Part shown: one piece after another, positions 18,383 to 27,809 of the stretch
Layout of the letters: each line of letters opens with the position of its first letter
Position numbering within the stretch: the first letter of the stretch is position 1
Assembly (NCBI GenBank): GCA_011364925.1
Contig: RDOA01000013.1
Span: 1-64,000 of the forward strand
Length of the DNA stretch: 64,000 bases
Direction: 5' to 3'
From: Promethearchaeota archaeon
GTDB taxonomy: Archaea > Asgardarchaeota > Lokiarchaeia > Sigyniarchaeales > SOKP01
The notes under the pieces: model-generated
What the model saw: the letters and a program-made list of their open reading frames with translations, nothing else
The model's database searches: none
Told to the model about the DNA's origin: nothing
Program-made: the position numbers and the translations under genes

Positions 18383-19027
18383 GTTACTTTTCCTCTCGGT
18401 ATATGTCTAATTAAGTGGGATGAGGTTCTTGGTGGAAACATCCACATGAAGTTTCCGGAAGATTTAGATGTTCCAGATAATGTCGTTCAACAAATACAAA
18501 TATCACACAATTTTGTTGAGTCGTATATTACTATCGAAGAAAAAGATTGGAACTCAATTTCTTACTATAATGAAAATAAAGAAATTATCATCGTTATGGT
18601 TTTAGATAAATATGACGATAGCTCTGATTACACAGGTATTTTAGATGAATTTAAGAAAAAACTTGAATTAGATTTAACCGATTCAAAACTTAAAGAGCAA
18701 CTGGAACAAATCTACAACCTTTCTTTACCTAAAGTATTTAGAACTCGAGACGAAGTAATAGGAAAACTAAGTAATGAAGTAGCTCAATTAAAGACATCAG
18801 ATTACGATTTAAAAAAAAGATTTGAGAAAATCTCAGAATCAGATCACCTTAAAGTTAAAAGTAAAATCCAATTCTTACTAGCTATTAATAATGAAATGGG
18901 GTACAAAGAGTTAAAAGATTCCATTAATACCAGTAAAAGCTGGTTAGATACTGTGTTAAAAACCCTTTCTGAAAATAAAATCATCAGTTATAATAGTAAA
19001 AACGATTCTTATTACCTTAATGTATAA
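18383..19027 (+). CDS. Longin/uDENN-like + coiled coil + C-terminal winged-helix protein (track start 18446 appears truncated)
   Basis: Frame open from 18383: VTFPLGICLIKWDEVLGGNIHMKFPE...; C-terminus 'MGYKELKDSINTSKSWLDTVLKTLSENKIISYNSKNDSYYL' is wHTH-like. Confidence 0.65.
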   Translation, partial: VTFPLGICLIKWDEVLGGNIHMKFPEDLDVPDNVVQQIQISHNFVESYITIEEKDWNSISYYNENKEIIIVMVLDKYDDSSDYTGILDEFKKKLELDLTDSKLKEQLEQIYNLSLPKVFRTRDEVIGKLSNEVAQLKTSDYDLKKRFEKISESDHLKVKSKIQFLLAINNEMGYKELKDSINTSKSWLDTVLKTLSENKIISYNSKNDSYYLNV

Positions 19028-19128
19028 ATATGTTGAAATGCCTTTTTATAAAGAATTAGATTATTAAAAAGGCTACTATTCTATCTATCATACCATAAAT
19101 TTACTTTTTCAAATAGTTTTAATCAATT

Positions 19129-20262
19129 ATGAATCTTTCAGACGAAGAAGAGCAAGAAGTTTTAAAAGTAATGAGATCTCAGATGTTAACATTACTCCAT
19201 GGAGAGTATGTTAAGAAGTTTGAGGAAGAATTCGCCCATTATATTGGAGTAAAACATGCCATTGCTGTGAATACTGGAACGGCAGCACTTCATATAGCAA
19301 TAGCAGCGTTAGATATCGGTCCAGGAGATGAAGTTATAGTTCCACCATTTACTTTTATCGCTTCTGCTAGTTCTATCCTGCATAATAACGCAATTCCTAT
19401 CTTTGCAGATATTGACGATAAATCCTACACTTTAGATCCAAATTCTGTCAGAGAAAAAATAACTGACAAAACTAAAGCAATAATTCCCGTCCATTTGGCT
19501 GGAATTGGAGCAGACACGAAAGCTCTTACTGAAATCGCTGAAAAAAAAGGGTTATTCATTATAGAGGATGCAGCACAATCTATAGGAACAAAATGTTATA
19601 ACAAAAAAGTTGGAGCTATGGGTCATCTTGGATGTTTTAGTTTTTATCCTTCAAAAAACATGACTACAGGAGAAGGGGGTATGATCACTACCAACGATGA
19701 TTTACTAGCTGAACAATGTCGATTAATAAGGCACCACGGTGAACCTGAATGGTATGTATATAATAGATTAGGTTATAACTATAGAATGACTGAAATCCAA
19801 GGGGCAATTGGGAGAGTACAGTTAAAAAAAATAAACGATTTCATTGAAGTAAGAAATCAAAATGCCCAGTATTTAACAAAAGCCACTTTAGATATCCCTG
19901 GAATCGAACCACCCTTTGTACCTGACTATTGTGAACCCGCGTTTAATTACTGGATTGGGCGCATCAATCCAGACATATTAGGTTTGACGAAACCTCAATT
20001 TCTAAAGGTTTTTCCTCGAAGTAAAGTGTTATATCCAAAACCTCTTTATGAAACCAAAATATTTCAAGAAAAAATAGCGTATTCAAAAGGTTGTCCTTGG
20101 TCGTGCCCTTACTATGGGAAAAAGATCGATTACACAAAAATAAAATTACCAGTCGTAGAAAAAGTTACACAAGAAATATTCGCTTTAGACATCCATCCAA
20201 AAGTTACGAAAGAGATTCTTGACGAAAATATTGAAATCATGAGAAATTTATCAAAAGAATAA
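19129..20262 (+). CDS. DegT/DnrJ/EryC1/StrS sugar aminotransferase
   Basis: 'NTGTAALH', 'GPGDEVIVP.FTF', 'EDAAQ', 'SFYPSKNMTTGEGG', 'GYNYRM'. Confidence 0.93.
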   Translation: MNLSDEEEQEVLKVMRSQMLTLLHGEYVKKFEEEFAHYIGVKHAIAVNTGTAALHIAIAALDIGPGDEVIVPPFTFIASASSILHNNAIPIFADIDDKSYTLDPNSVREKITDKTKAIIPVHLAGIGADTKALTEIAEKKGLFIIEDAAQSIGTKCYNKKVGAMGHLGCFSFYPSKNMTTGEGGMITTNDDLLAEQCRLIRHHGEPEWYVYNRLGYNYRMTEIQGAIGRVQLKKINDFIEVRNQNAQYLTKATLDIPGIEPPFVPDYCEPAFNYWIGRINPDILGLTKPQFLKVFPRSKVLYPKPLYETKIFQEKIAYSKGCPWSCPYYGKKIDYTKIKLPVVEKVTQEIFALDIHPKVTKEILDENIEIMRNLSKE

Positions 20263-20265
20263 TCA

Positions 20266-20547
20266 TTGGCATTTATGAAAAGAATTATTATCCATGTGTA
20301 TGGGCTTGTGCAAGGAGTATTTTTCCGATATACCACACGTAAAATTGCTCGGAACTTAGGAATAACGGGCATTGTTAAGAATTTACCCGATGGTAGTGTC
20401 TATATTGAAGCTGAAGGTCCAGAAGATAAGCTAATAGAATTAATAAGGTTCGCTAAGAAAGGTCCAAAAGCCGCTAATGTCGAATTAGTTGAATTTGAAT
20501 ACAAGGAACCTCAGTATAAATTCAAAGGTTTCGAATACTCTTTTTAG
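20266..20547 (+). CDS. acyP: Acylphosphatase (start likely ATG 20275)
   Basis: 'G.VQGVFFR', 'G.VKNLPDGSV.IEAEG', 'GP..A.V'. Confidence 0.92.
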   Translation: MAFMKRIIIHVYGLVQGVFFRYTTRKIARNLGITGIVKNLPDGSVYIEAEGPEDKLIELIRFAKKGPKAANVELVEFEYKEPQYKFKGFEYSF

Positions 20548-20598
20548 CTTTAGCGTTTTGGTATTGTGTATGCTCTAGGTATTATCTAAATATTATTC

Positions 20599-20985
20599 AT
20601 GATGATAAATAATATTCTAATATTAATGATTATGTCATTATCATTAAAGAGGAATAAATTCCTTCAATTATTTGAAACTATTAACAATAAGAGCGTTAAA
20701 TATCGAGGTCCTTTAATTTTAAGAATATTCGGCTTAATGAATGAACTAGAATTATCTAATGAGAATCGGTATATACTCTGTAATTTTATAGATCAAAATA
20801 GTGATACATTCAATCTTAAAAAAGATATATACGATATTAGTAACGATGTATCTTTAAATCAACTGTTTCTCTTCGCGTATAGCAAGGCTAGAATAAATAA
20901 CTTAATTCCGAACTTATATTCCGAATATATTAATAGTGTTAACGCGCTCTCGCAAAAAATAGAGATTCAGACTATACTTTCATAA
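20599..20985 (+). CDS. Hypothetical protein (start uncertain)
   Basis: Open frame with protein-like composition in an intergenic slot. Confidence 0.55.
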   Translation: MMINNILILMIMSLSLKRNKFLQLFETINNKSVKYRGPLILRIFGLMNELELSNENRYILCNFIDQNSDTFNLKKDIYDISNDVSLNQLFLFAYSKARINNLIPNLYSEYINSVNALSQKIEIQTILS

Positions 20986-21120
20986 GTCATAACTTTAGGA
21001 AGTGGGAATTCATTTTAAAAAAATTATTCAAAATTTATTCATAGTTTCGACATCAAAATGATTAATAAGGATAATTATTATTATGAAAATATAAAATATC
21101 ATTTTATATGGTGAATTGGT

Positions 21121-21645
21121 ATGACCGTTGATTCTAACTATATTATAAAAATTTGCCTTCTCGGAGAAGCAAATGTCGGAAAAACCTCTTTAGTGTATCG
21201 TTATATTGAAAACAAGTTTAGGGGGAATTATAAAAGTACCTTGGGGGTAAACTTATTAAAGAAAGATATGCACTTGGAGGAGTATGGAAACGTATCTGCG
21301 CAAATTTGGGATCTTGGAGGCCAAGAAAGTTTTCGAAGCCTTCGAAAGCTATATCTAGAAGGTGCAAATGGAGCTTTAATAATATATGATTGTACTAATA
21401 GAAGTAGTTTTGAGAAACTCGAGGACTGGATAAACGACTTCAAGGATGCAAGGGGAGATGAGCCTTTACTACTAATCGGAAACAAAACCGATTTGATAGA
21501 CACTATAAAAGTTCAAGAAAGCGAAGGTATCGACCTTGCGAAAAAATTTAACATGAAATTCGTTCCTACTTCCGCTAAGACGGGTTCAAATGTTGAAGAC
21601 GCTTTTATCGGAATCATTAAAAAAGTGTTGGAAAAGAAAGTATGA
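21121..21645 (+). CDS. Ras/Rab-like small GTPase
   Basis: GEANVGKTS, WDLGGQ, NKTD, TSAK; GGTGA SD upstream. Confidence 0.95.
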   Translation: MTVDSNYIIKICLLGEANVGKTSLVYRYIENKFRGNYKSTLGVNLLKKDMHLEEYGNVSAQIWDLGGQESFRSLRKLYLEGANGALIIYDCTNRSSFEKLEDWINDFKDARGDEPLLLIGNKTDLIDTIKVQESEGIDLAKKFNMKFVPTSAKTGSNVEDAFIGIIKKVLEKKV

Positions 21646-21676
21646 ATTAGCTTTCAATATTTCACCCCTTAAAAAG

Positions 21677-21758
21677 GTTATAAATGTGAAAATGTAAAAA
21701 ATAAAAATTAATGGCATTCATTTATAAATGCCTTTATAAATAAAAAATCATTTATAAA
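21677..21758 (+). promoter_or_regulatory. Cluster of TATA-box sequences upstream of tbp
   Basis: TTTATAAA at 21721, 21733 and 21751; TTATAAA at 21678; palindrome CATTTATAAATG at 21719-21730. Confidence 0.5.
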
Positions 21759-21829
21759 GAAATATCATTTTCACAAGAAATTAATTTTTCTTAATTAGTT
21801 CAAATCATATTTATTAAGATTGATGTAAG

Positions 21830-22489
21830 ATGGCAGAAGAAGAAGAAGATTTTGATGAAGATTTCGAAGAAGAGGAAGAAGAAGAAGGCGAGGAAGAAGA
21901 AGGATTAGACTACAAGATTGAAAATGTTGTAGCGACTGTTGTCGTCGAAATCACAGAAAAAATCGATTTAAATCAAATTGCTCGCAAGCACGCAGATGTT
22001 GAATATAATCCTGAAAGATTTCCAGGATTAGTTATGAGAATTGAGAAACCTAAAGCAACCATTTTAATTTTCTCAACAGGGAAGATGGTAGTTACTGGGT
22101 TACGAAAAGCTTCAGAAGCAGAAAGGGTCGTAGATAAAGTTGTGAAGAATATTAGAAAAGCGGGGATTAAAGTTTCCAATCCTGAAATCACTATTCAAAA
22201 TATCGTAGCTAGTGGTGATCTCCATACAAATATAGATTTAAACATGGCGGCTATAGTTATGGAATATGCTATGTATGAACCAGAAGTTTTTCCTGGATTG
22301 ATCTATAGAATGCAAGATCCTAAGACAGTATTTTTAATATTCAGTACGGGAAGGATAGTTTGTACTGGAGCAAAACAAAAAGAAATTGTTAAAGAGGCTG
22401 TAAGTAAATTAAATATACAAGTACGGGAATTAGGTGTCGCTAAAAAGGAACTTGGCGATACTGATTACCAAGATATTACTTTCATTTAA
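21830..22489 (+). CDS. tbp: TATA-box binding protein with acidic N-terminal extension
   Basis: Two repeats 'IENVVA...EYNPERFPGL...LIFSTGK.V.TG' and 'IQNIVAS...YEPEVFPGL...LIFSTGR.V.TG'. Confidence 0.97.
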   Translation: MAEEEEDFDEDFEEEEEEEGEEEEGLDYKIENVVATVVVEITEKIDLNQIARKHADVEYNPERFPGLVMRIEKPKATILIFSTGKMVVTGLRKASEAERVVDKVVKNIRKAGIKVSNPEITIQNIVASGDLHTNIDLNMAAIVMEYAMYEPEVFPGLIYRMQDPKTVFLIFSTGRIVCTGAKQKEIVKEAVSKLNIQVRELGVAKKELGDTDYQDITFI

Positions 22490-22629
22490 TTTATTTTATT
22501 TTTTTAAATTTACAGAATGATAGCATATTAAGGATTTATAAGTAAAAATTTAGTAGTTTTTGAATTTAGACTACCTATCAATTCAATTTAGCACAAATTT
22601 TCTTCGTTTAAGTGATATTTAATTTTTTA

Positions 22630-23118
22630 TTAATCTTGCTGAAATACAATCATAAACTCGCAATAACTCTTACCTGATTGTAAGCTACATTCTACTTCTT
22701 GTGCAAAACAATGTATGTTAGTCATTTTCTCGACTATACCTGCCAGAAGTCCCGCTTCGAAGGAACAAAAACTTCCTTCAGTTTTAATTCCTTTATTGAT
22801 AAGATCTTTTATTGAAGAATGGCCTTTAAGTCTCAACTGAACTATTTCTTCTGAACTCTCCGTTATTTCAACATCTCCAATGTTAAATTCAGCGATTTTC
22901 TCTTTAATCGCATTAGGTATCGTAGTAACATCACCAATCGGCTTAACATTCAAATGAGTCCCTAACTCGTGCCCTAAATAGTAAAATATAGCTTCCAACT
23001 GGTGACCGAGAGCTAATAAAGCTCCCACCTTCATATCTCCAATCTCTTTTCCCTCTTTTAAATGGTTTCTCATTTGTACTAAAATTTTTGATAGTAATTG
23101 TCGATCCATTTTTTTCAC
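22630..23118 (-). CDS. V4R-domain protein
   Basis: 'FYYLGHELG', 'FCSFEAGLLAGI...EVEC...G..YCEF' V4R signature. Confidence 0.85.
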   Translation of the reverse strand: MKKMDRQLLSKILVQMRNHLKEGKEIGDMKVGALLALGHQLEAIFYYLGHELGTHLNVKPIGDVTTIPNAIKEKIAEFNIGDVEITESSEEIVQLRLKGHSSIKDLINKGIKTEGSFCSFEAGLLAGIVEKMTNIHCFAQEVECSLQSGKSYCEFMIVFQQD

Positions 23119-23136
23119 TCTCTTATTTTAAATTTA

Positions 23137-23433
23137 CTAAATTTTTACGGAGGAAATAAACCCATATAAAATAGCGTCAATGATATCTTCCTCCTGAATA
23201 TTGACGCTTAATCTTCTATCCGCTACAATAATCGTTGGTAATGATGTAATTTTATATTCTTTTGTTAATTGGTAGTTTTTTTCTACATCTATTTTTTCAA
23301 CATATAATTTCTTTCCAAACATTGAAATATTTATTCTCTTTAGCATTTCTTCGATCGGTAAGCAAGGTCCACAATGAGACGATGAAAAGAATAAAACTTT
23401 CGGATAATCTTTCTGTAGCTTTTCGAACTTAAA
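23137..23433 (-). CDS. Thioredoxin-fold protein (CGPC); true start unresolved, track ORF lacks the active site
   Basis: Own translation: FKFEKLQKDYPKVLFFSSSHCGPCLPIEEMLKRIN...KIDVEKNYQLTKEYKITSLPTIIV; CxxC plus cis-Pro 'LPT'. Confidence 0.8.
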   Translation of the reverse strand, partial: FKFEKLQKDYPKVLFFSSSHCGPCLPIEEMLKRINISMFGKKLYVEKIDVEKNYQLTKEYKITSLPTIIVADRRLSVNIQEEDIIDAILYGFISSVKI

Positions 23434-23469
23434 TCACCATTAAATACTAAGAGATTAATTAATTATGTT

Positions 23470-24018
23470 TTATTGATCTTTATATTTCTCGTAAAGATTT
23501 TTAATGATAGCTTGGAATGCTTCATACACGCCGCTTCCCGTTTTTGCGCTAGTTTTATAGTACCCTAGAAAATGTCTTTTATCAACTATTTCCTTTATCT
23601 TTTCACTTTCGATGGAATGTTCGCTAATTAGATCGATCTTATTGCCGAATAATATAATAGGAATATTTCCACAATACTTTTTAATATCTTCGTGCCAATT
23701 CAAGATATGATTAAAACTCTTCTCAAGTTCATTTGGTGCGTGTGAAAAAACTATAATAGCAGCTTTACTACCCTTGTAAAATGTAGGTCTCATAAATGAA
23801 AATTCTGCTTGGCCAGCAATATCCCAAAAAAATAATTTGACTGTGTTTCCTTCAATTTTTTCGTCGTATTTAGAGAATTGTGCTCCTAACGTTTTAATAT
23901 ACTCCTTTTTAAAACTTCCTTTAGTATATTTTTTAATTAAGGATGTTTTACCTACACCACCGTCTCCAATTACAGTAATTTTGAATACAAAATCCTTCCG
24001 TTCGTCCTCATCACTCAT
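23470..24018 (-). CDS. Ras/Rab-like small GTPase
   Basis: GDGGVGKTS, WDIAGQ, NKID, TSAK. Confidence 0.95.
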   Translation of the reverse strand: MSDEDERKDFVFKITVIGDGGVGKTSLIKKYTKGSFKKEYIKTLGAQFSKYDEKIEGNTVKLFFWDIAGQAEFSFMRPTFYKGSKAAIIVFSHAPNELEKSFNHILNWHEDIKKYCGNIPIILFGNKIDLISEHSIESEKIKEIVDKRHFLGYYKTSAKTGSGVYEAFQAIIKNLYEKYKDQ

Positions 24019-24202
24019 AAAATCACATTATAGTTTTTATTCAATATCTATTTACGGTCTCTTATACATCTTTAAAATATAAATTATAAATATTATTTTT
24101 TATTTATATTGCTTTTTATTATTAAATAGTTTGCTTTAAATCTTCAAGATTTTTAGTATATTAACCAGATAAATGTAATTTCCATAGGGTAATAGAATCA
24201 TC

Positions 24203-24679
24203 ATGGACAGTTTAGATGTCATAGAAGAAATTATCGCGAAATTTACAAAGCATAAAATTACTTTAGCAGTTGCAGAATCTTGTACAGGAGGGTACATTTC
24301 GAGTATGATAACCAATGTTTCTGGTGCTTCTAATGTATTTGAACGTGGTATAGTTTGCTACAGTAATTCATCAAAAATGGACCTCTTGAATATTAATCCC
24401 GATTATTTGATCCAATTTGGAGCTGTATCGGAAATTGTCGCCAAACATCTGGCTAACAACATTCGAATCCTTTCAAATGTCAATATTGGAATTGGGGTTA
24501 CTGGAATAGCAGGACCTACTGGAGGTACACCCGAAAAACCAGTAGGGTTAGTTTATATAGGATTTTCAACAGAAAAAGAAACTATAGTAAAAAAATATCA
24601 ATTCCAAGCTGATCGGATTAACTTCAAAAAAGCGGTCTTAAATGAAGTCCTTGCATTTCTCCAAAATTTAGAATTTTAA
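24203..24679 (+). CDS. pncC: CinA C-terminal/PncC nicotinamide-nucleotide amidohydrolase
   Basis: 'AVAESCTGG', 'SGAS..F', 'GAVS', 'TGIAGPTGGTPEKPVGLVYIG'. Confidence 0.9.
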   Translation: MDSLDVIEEIIAKFTKHKITLAVAESCTGGYISSMITNVSGASNVFERGIVCYSNSSKMDLLNINPDYLIQFGAVSEIVAKHLANNIRILSNVNIGIGVTGIAGPTGGTPEKPVGLVYIGFSTEKETIVKKYQFQADRINFKKAVLNEVLAFLQNLEF

Positions 24680-24766
24680 TCTTAATTTGTTTTCATTTTC
24701 TATTATTTTCATATCTTTTTATAGATTGAGTCGAAAGAATTAATACAAACTAAGAATGTTGAGCTT

Positions 24767-25960
24767 TTGGATATGTATTTACTAAAATCAAATTATATTT
24801 CGTTCTTCGTTGTTTATTTCATTATAAGTCTTATTAATACGCTTGTAACGCTATACATCCCTATCTTCATGTTAATTACTTTAGATGTGAACAGAATTGA
24901 ATTAGCATACATTCAATTCCTCTCTTATTTATCGCTCTTCTTAGGACCAATCACTGGTTTTTTTTTTGATAAATTTACGCATAAGAAGAAACAAATAATT
25001 TTAATCTCAAGTGTGCTTCTTTTTTGCAGTTTCGCTTTTTTCAATTTAAATTTTGATAATTTATCATTTTTTGGAATATTTTTGGCTTTAAATTTTACCT
25101 GCGGTCTTCTAATCAAAGCTGGAATGAGCAAACTAATGTTGGAAGCTTCAGAACAAAAAAGCATTCAAAAAAACATAATTTTAATATCAAATGCTAGCGG
25201 TTCGTTTGGAAGTATTATTCCTATTATTGTGTTTAATGTGTTAATTTCGGATGTAGAATCTATTAATTTATGGACTCTATTTTTTAATATCTGCTGGATA
25301 TTATCTTCCCCTATTTTAACGAGTTATGCTCTAATTAAAGATAAACATCCGAAAATCAATATCAAAGTTAAGAGAATAACTTTAGATCAAAAAGATCCTA
25401 CTAAAATTAAAGAGCGAAAATATGGTTTAGTGCTTATGTTTTTAACTAACTTTTTTATTTGGGGTGATAAACTTCTTGAGTATCCTTTTACATCATGGAT
25501 TCTCTCTAAATATGGCGAGATTGGACTTTTAAACTATACCTATCTATTTTTTATTTTTTCGTATTTATATATGGGCGGGTGGTTTATTTCAAGACGCCTT
25601 ATAAACCAATATAGGTCAAGAGTGTATCTTTCGAGTTCAATTGTTTTATACGCTCTTTTAATGTTTCCTCTTATTTATTCTAATATAACATTATTCCTAT
25701 TACTTAATGCGATAAATAAAATAGTTTCAGGTGTTATGATGTCGCAACTTACTGAACGAAATGTTGATGTTTCAAAATCGAATAATAACAGTGCTCTGGC
25801 GTATGAAATCATAAGGAGTGCGAGTTTGCTAGCTAACTTTATATTTGTTCCCTTAGGAACTTTGTTAAGTTCCTTTGTGCCTACTGAAATTATAGTTATA
25901 ATTGTTGGATTTATGGCAATATTTTCAATAACGCCGATTTATGTAAGTAAAATTAATTAG
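24767..25960 (+). CDS. MFS transporter
   Basis: About 12 TM segments; motif A-like 'GFFFDKFTHKK'. Confidence 0.75.
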   Translation: MDMYLLKSNYISFFVVYFIISLINTLVTLYIPIFMLITLDVNRIELAYIQFLSYLSLFLGPITGFFFDKFTHKKKQIILISSVLLFCSFAFFNLNFDNLSFFGIFLALNFTCGLLIKAGMSKLMLEASEQKSIQKNIILISNASGSFGSIIPIIVFNVLISDVESINLWTLFFNICWILSSPILTSYALIKDKHPKINIKVKRITLDQKDPTKIKERKYGLVLMFLTNFFIWGDKLLEYPFTSWILSKYGEIGLLNYTYLFFIFSYLYMGGWFISRRLINQYRSRVYLSSSIVLYALLMFPLIYSNITLFLLLNAINKIVSGVMMSQLTERNVDVSKSNNNSALAYEIIRSASLLANFIFVPLGTLLSSFVPTEIIVIIVGFMAIFSITPIYVSKIN

Positions 25961-27137
25961 TTAAATTACCATTCTCCATTATCTGTTTTTTAGTTCCGTC
26001 CTTATATTCCACAGTAATGTTAGCTCGGGGTGCGGTGACGAAATCCCAATGAACCTGGGAAACTGAAGTGCCTCCCATCATTCTATTAGATCCAAATGCG
26101 ACATGGATACTTCCGTTGATTTTTTCGTCTGTAAGTATATAACCGATCGCCTTTGTTATTTCTGGATTGCATCCAATTCCTAATTCAGCAACATTATAAG
26201 TTCGTATTTCTGGTAAATTCTTATCTCTATCTATTTTTTCACCCTGCTTAAATGTATTAACTAAATCATTTAGATTCTCATCAGCAGTAACTTCATCAAG
26301 TAACAGTTTCCCATCTTTGAATTTCAGATCTATATTTTTGACAATTTTATTACTTAATCTATCTCTTGTTAATGGACAAAATAGAGATCCTTCTCCCATT
26401 TTCTCGTGCGGAGGAAAAAATACTTCACCAGCTGGTAAATTCCCACCTAATAAACCTATTGCTATTCTCTCATTAGTTAATAACCCGTTATCAAGAATTT
26501 TTGCTCGATCTTGGATGTTCACCCAAAAATTAGTTCCTAATTCGTCTGTGACGTAAACTTTCTTAGCGTTTATAAAGCGACTCCCTAAACTCTCCGTTAT
26601 TTCATTCATTTTCTCTTGTGGAACGCTTGTACCCCCTACAATGAACTTTTCTAATAATTCGTATTCGACGTTATAATAATTCGCAGCTTTTTTAGAAGGC
26701 CAACCTGCGTAGCACCATTTCTTTCCTGGTGCATACTCTTCTTTACCTCCATAAAGCACATCTCTAATTGGAGCTGCATATTTATTTCTTGCATTCAATT
26801 TTTCTCTTGGAGCCCTACTTCGAACTCCTGGATCTTCATTAGGTTCAATAACAATATAAGCGTCAATATTTTCAAGCAATTTCAAATAATGGAGAGGTGT
26901 AATCTCTAAAATGTTGCTACTGATTCTCGAGTCTTGAAACATAGTTTCATCGAAATAATCGCTATTAGATGTAATTACAGGTATTCCATCGTTTCGGTAG
27001 ACTTCCAGCGCTATTTCTTCCAATAGATCTTGACAATAAATTCCGCCCTTCACCAGGACATTTTCGCCAATATTTTGAATATTTATTGCGTTAACAATGT
27101 TTTTAGCACAAAGCATAATTTTTTCTTTGTCAACCAT
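25953..27137 (-). CDS. M29 family aminopeptidase
   Basis: 'NLPAGEVF', 'AELGIG.NP', 'DEKI.GSIH.AFG', 'S.VHWDF'. Confidence 0.9.
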   Translation of the reverse strand: MVDKEKIMLCAKNIVNAINIQNIGENVLVKGGIYCQDLLEEIALEVYRNDGIPVITSNSDYFDETMFQDSRISSNILEITPLHYLKLLENIDAYIVIEPNEDPGVRSRAPREKLNARNKYAAPIRDVLYGGKEEYAPGKKWCYAGWPSKKAANYYNVEYELLEKFIVGGTSVPQEKMNEITESLGSRFINAKKVYVTDELGTNFWVNIQDRAKILDNGLLTNERIAIGLLGGNLPAGEVFFPPHEKMGEGSLFCPLTRDRLSNKIVKNIDLKFKDGKLLLDEVTADENLNDLVNTFKQGEKIDRDKNLPEIRTYNVAELGIGCNPEITKAIGYILTDEKINGSIHVAFGSNRMMGGTSVSQVHWDFVTAPRANITVEYKDGTKKQIMENGNLTN

Positions 27138-27327
27138 AACTGAGAAAATTATTGTTCTTTAATATTAATTACTCTGAATTTAGTTTATCACTTTAAATAA
27201 GGTTTAAAAGTATCTTTAATCAACAGTAGATTTATTACATATAATTGTTAATATTAAAATATCAGTCGATTGAATTCTTAGTAAAATAAACTAAGACTAT
27301 TACTTTAATAACAAACACATCAGAAGT

Positions 27328-27792
27328 ATGGTTATACGAGAAGTAGGCTTATTATTTCGAGGTTTTACTCTAGTAAAGAAAAGCTTTCATAAAACTACTG
27401 TTGGAAAAATTGATGCTGATCTAAGAAGTGGATTACTCACCGCACTTTTAAATTTCGCAGAAACAGCATTTTCTACAGGATCAGTTGAATATTTTCAAGG
27501 AAATAGATTTACAATAGCGTTTATAAATTCGACAATCATTTCAGAAGATTCTATGGAGCCAGAATTGTTATTATCATATGCGATCATAGATAGGCAAAAA
27601 AAAATTGATAAATTCATCCGTAAAACCATTAATCCTTTATTACAAAAGGTTACTCAAGAATTCAAGTCGCAAAATGATGGGAAAAATCTATCAGAAGTCT
27701 CTCAATTTAAAAATTTTAAAACTTCACTTGATAAAATCTTTGGTTCAAGTACAAAAGTAGTAGATCAGAAGCTCGACGGCGTTTTTTTTTAA
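27328..27792 (+). CDS. Longin-like domain protein
   Basis: 'IREVGLL..G..L..K.F...DADLRSGLLTALLNFAE' longin-type pattern. Confidence 0.65.
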   Translation: MVIREVGLLFRGFTLVKKSFHKTTVGKIDADLRSGLLTALLNFAETAFSTGSVEYFQGNRFTIAFINSTIISEDSMEPELLLSYAIIDRQKKIDKFIRKTINPLLQKVTQEFKSQNDGKNLSEVSQFKNFKTSLDKIFGSSTKVVDQKLDGVFF

Positions 27793-27809
27793 TTTAACTT
27801 AAAATTAAC

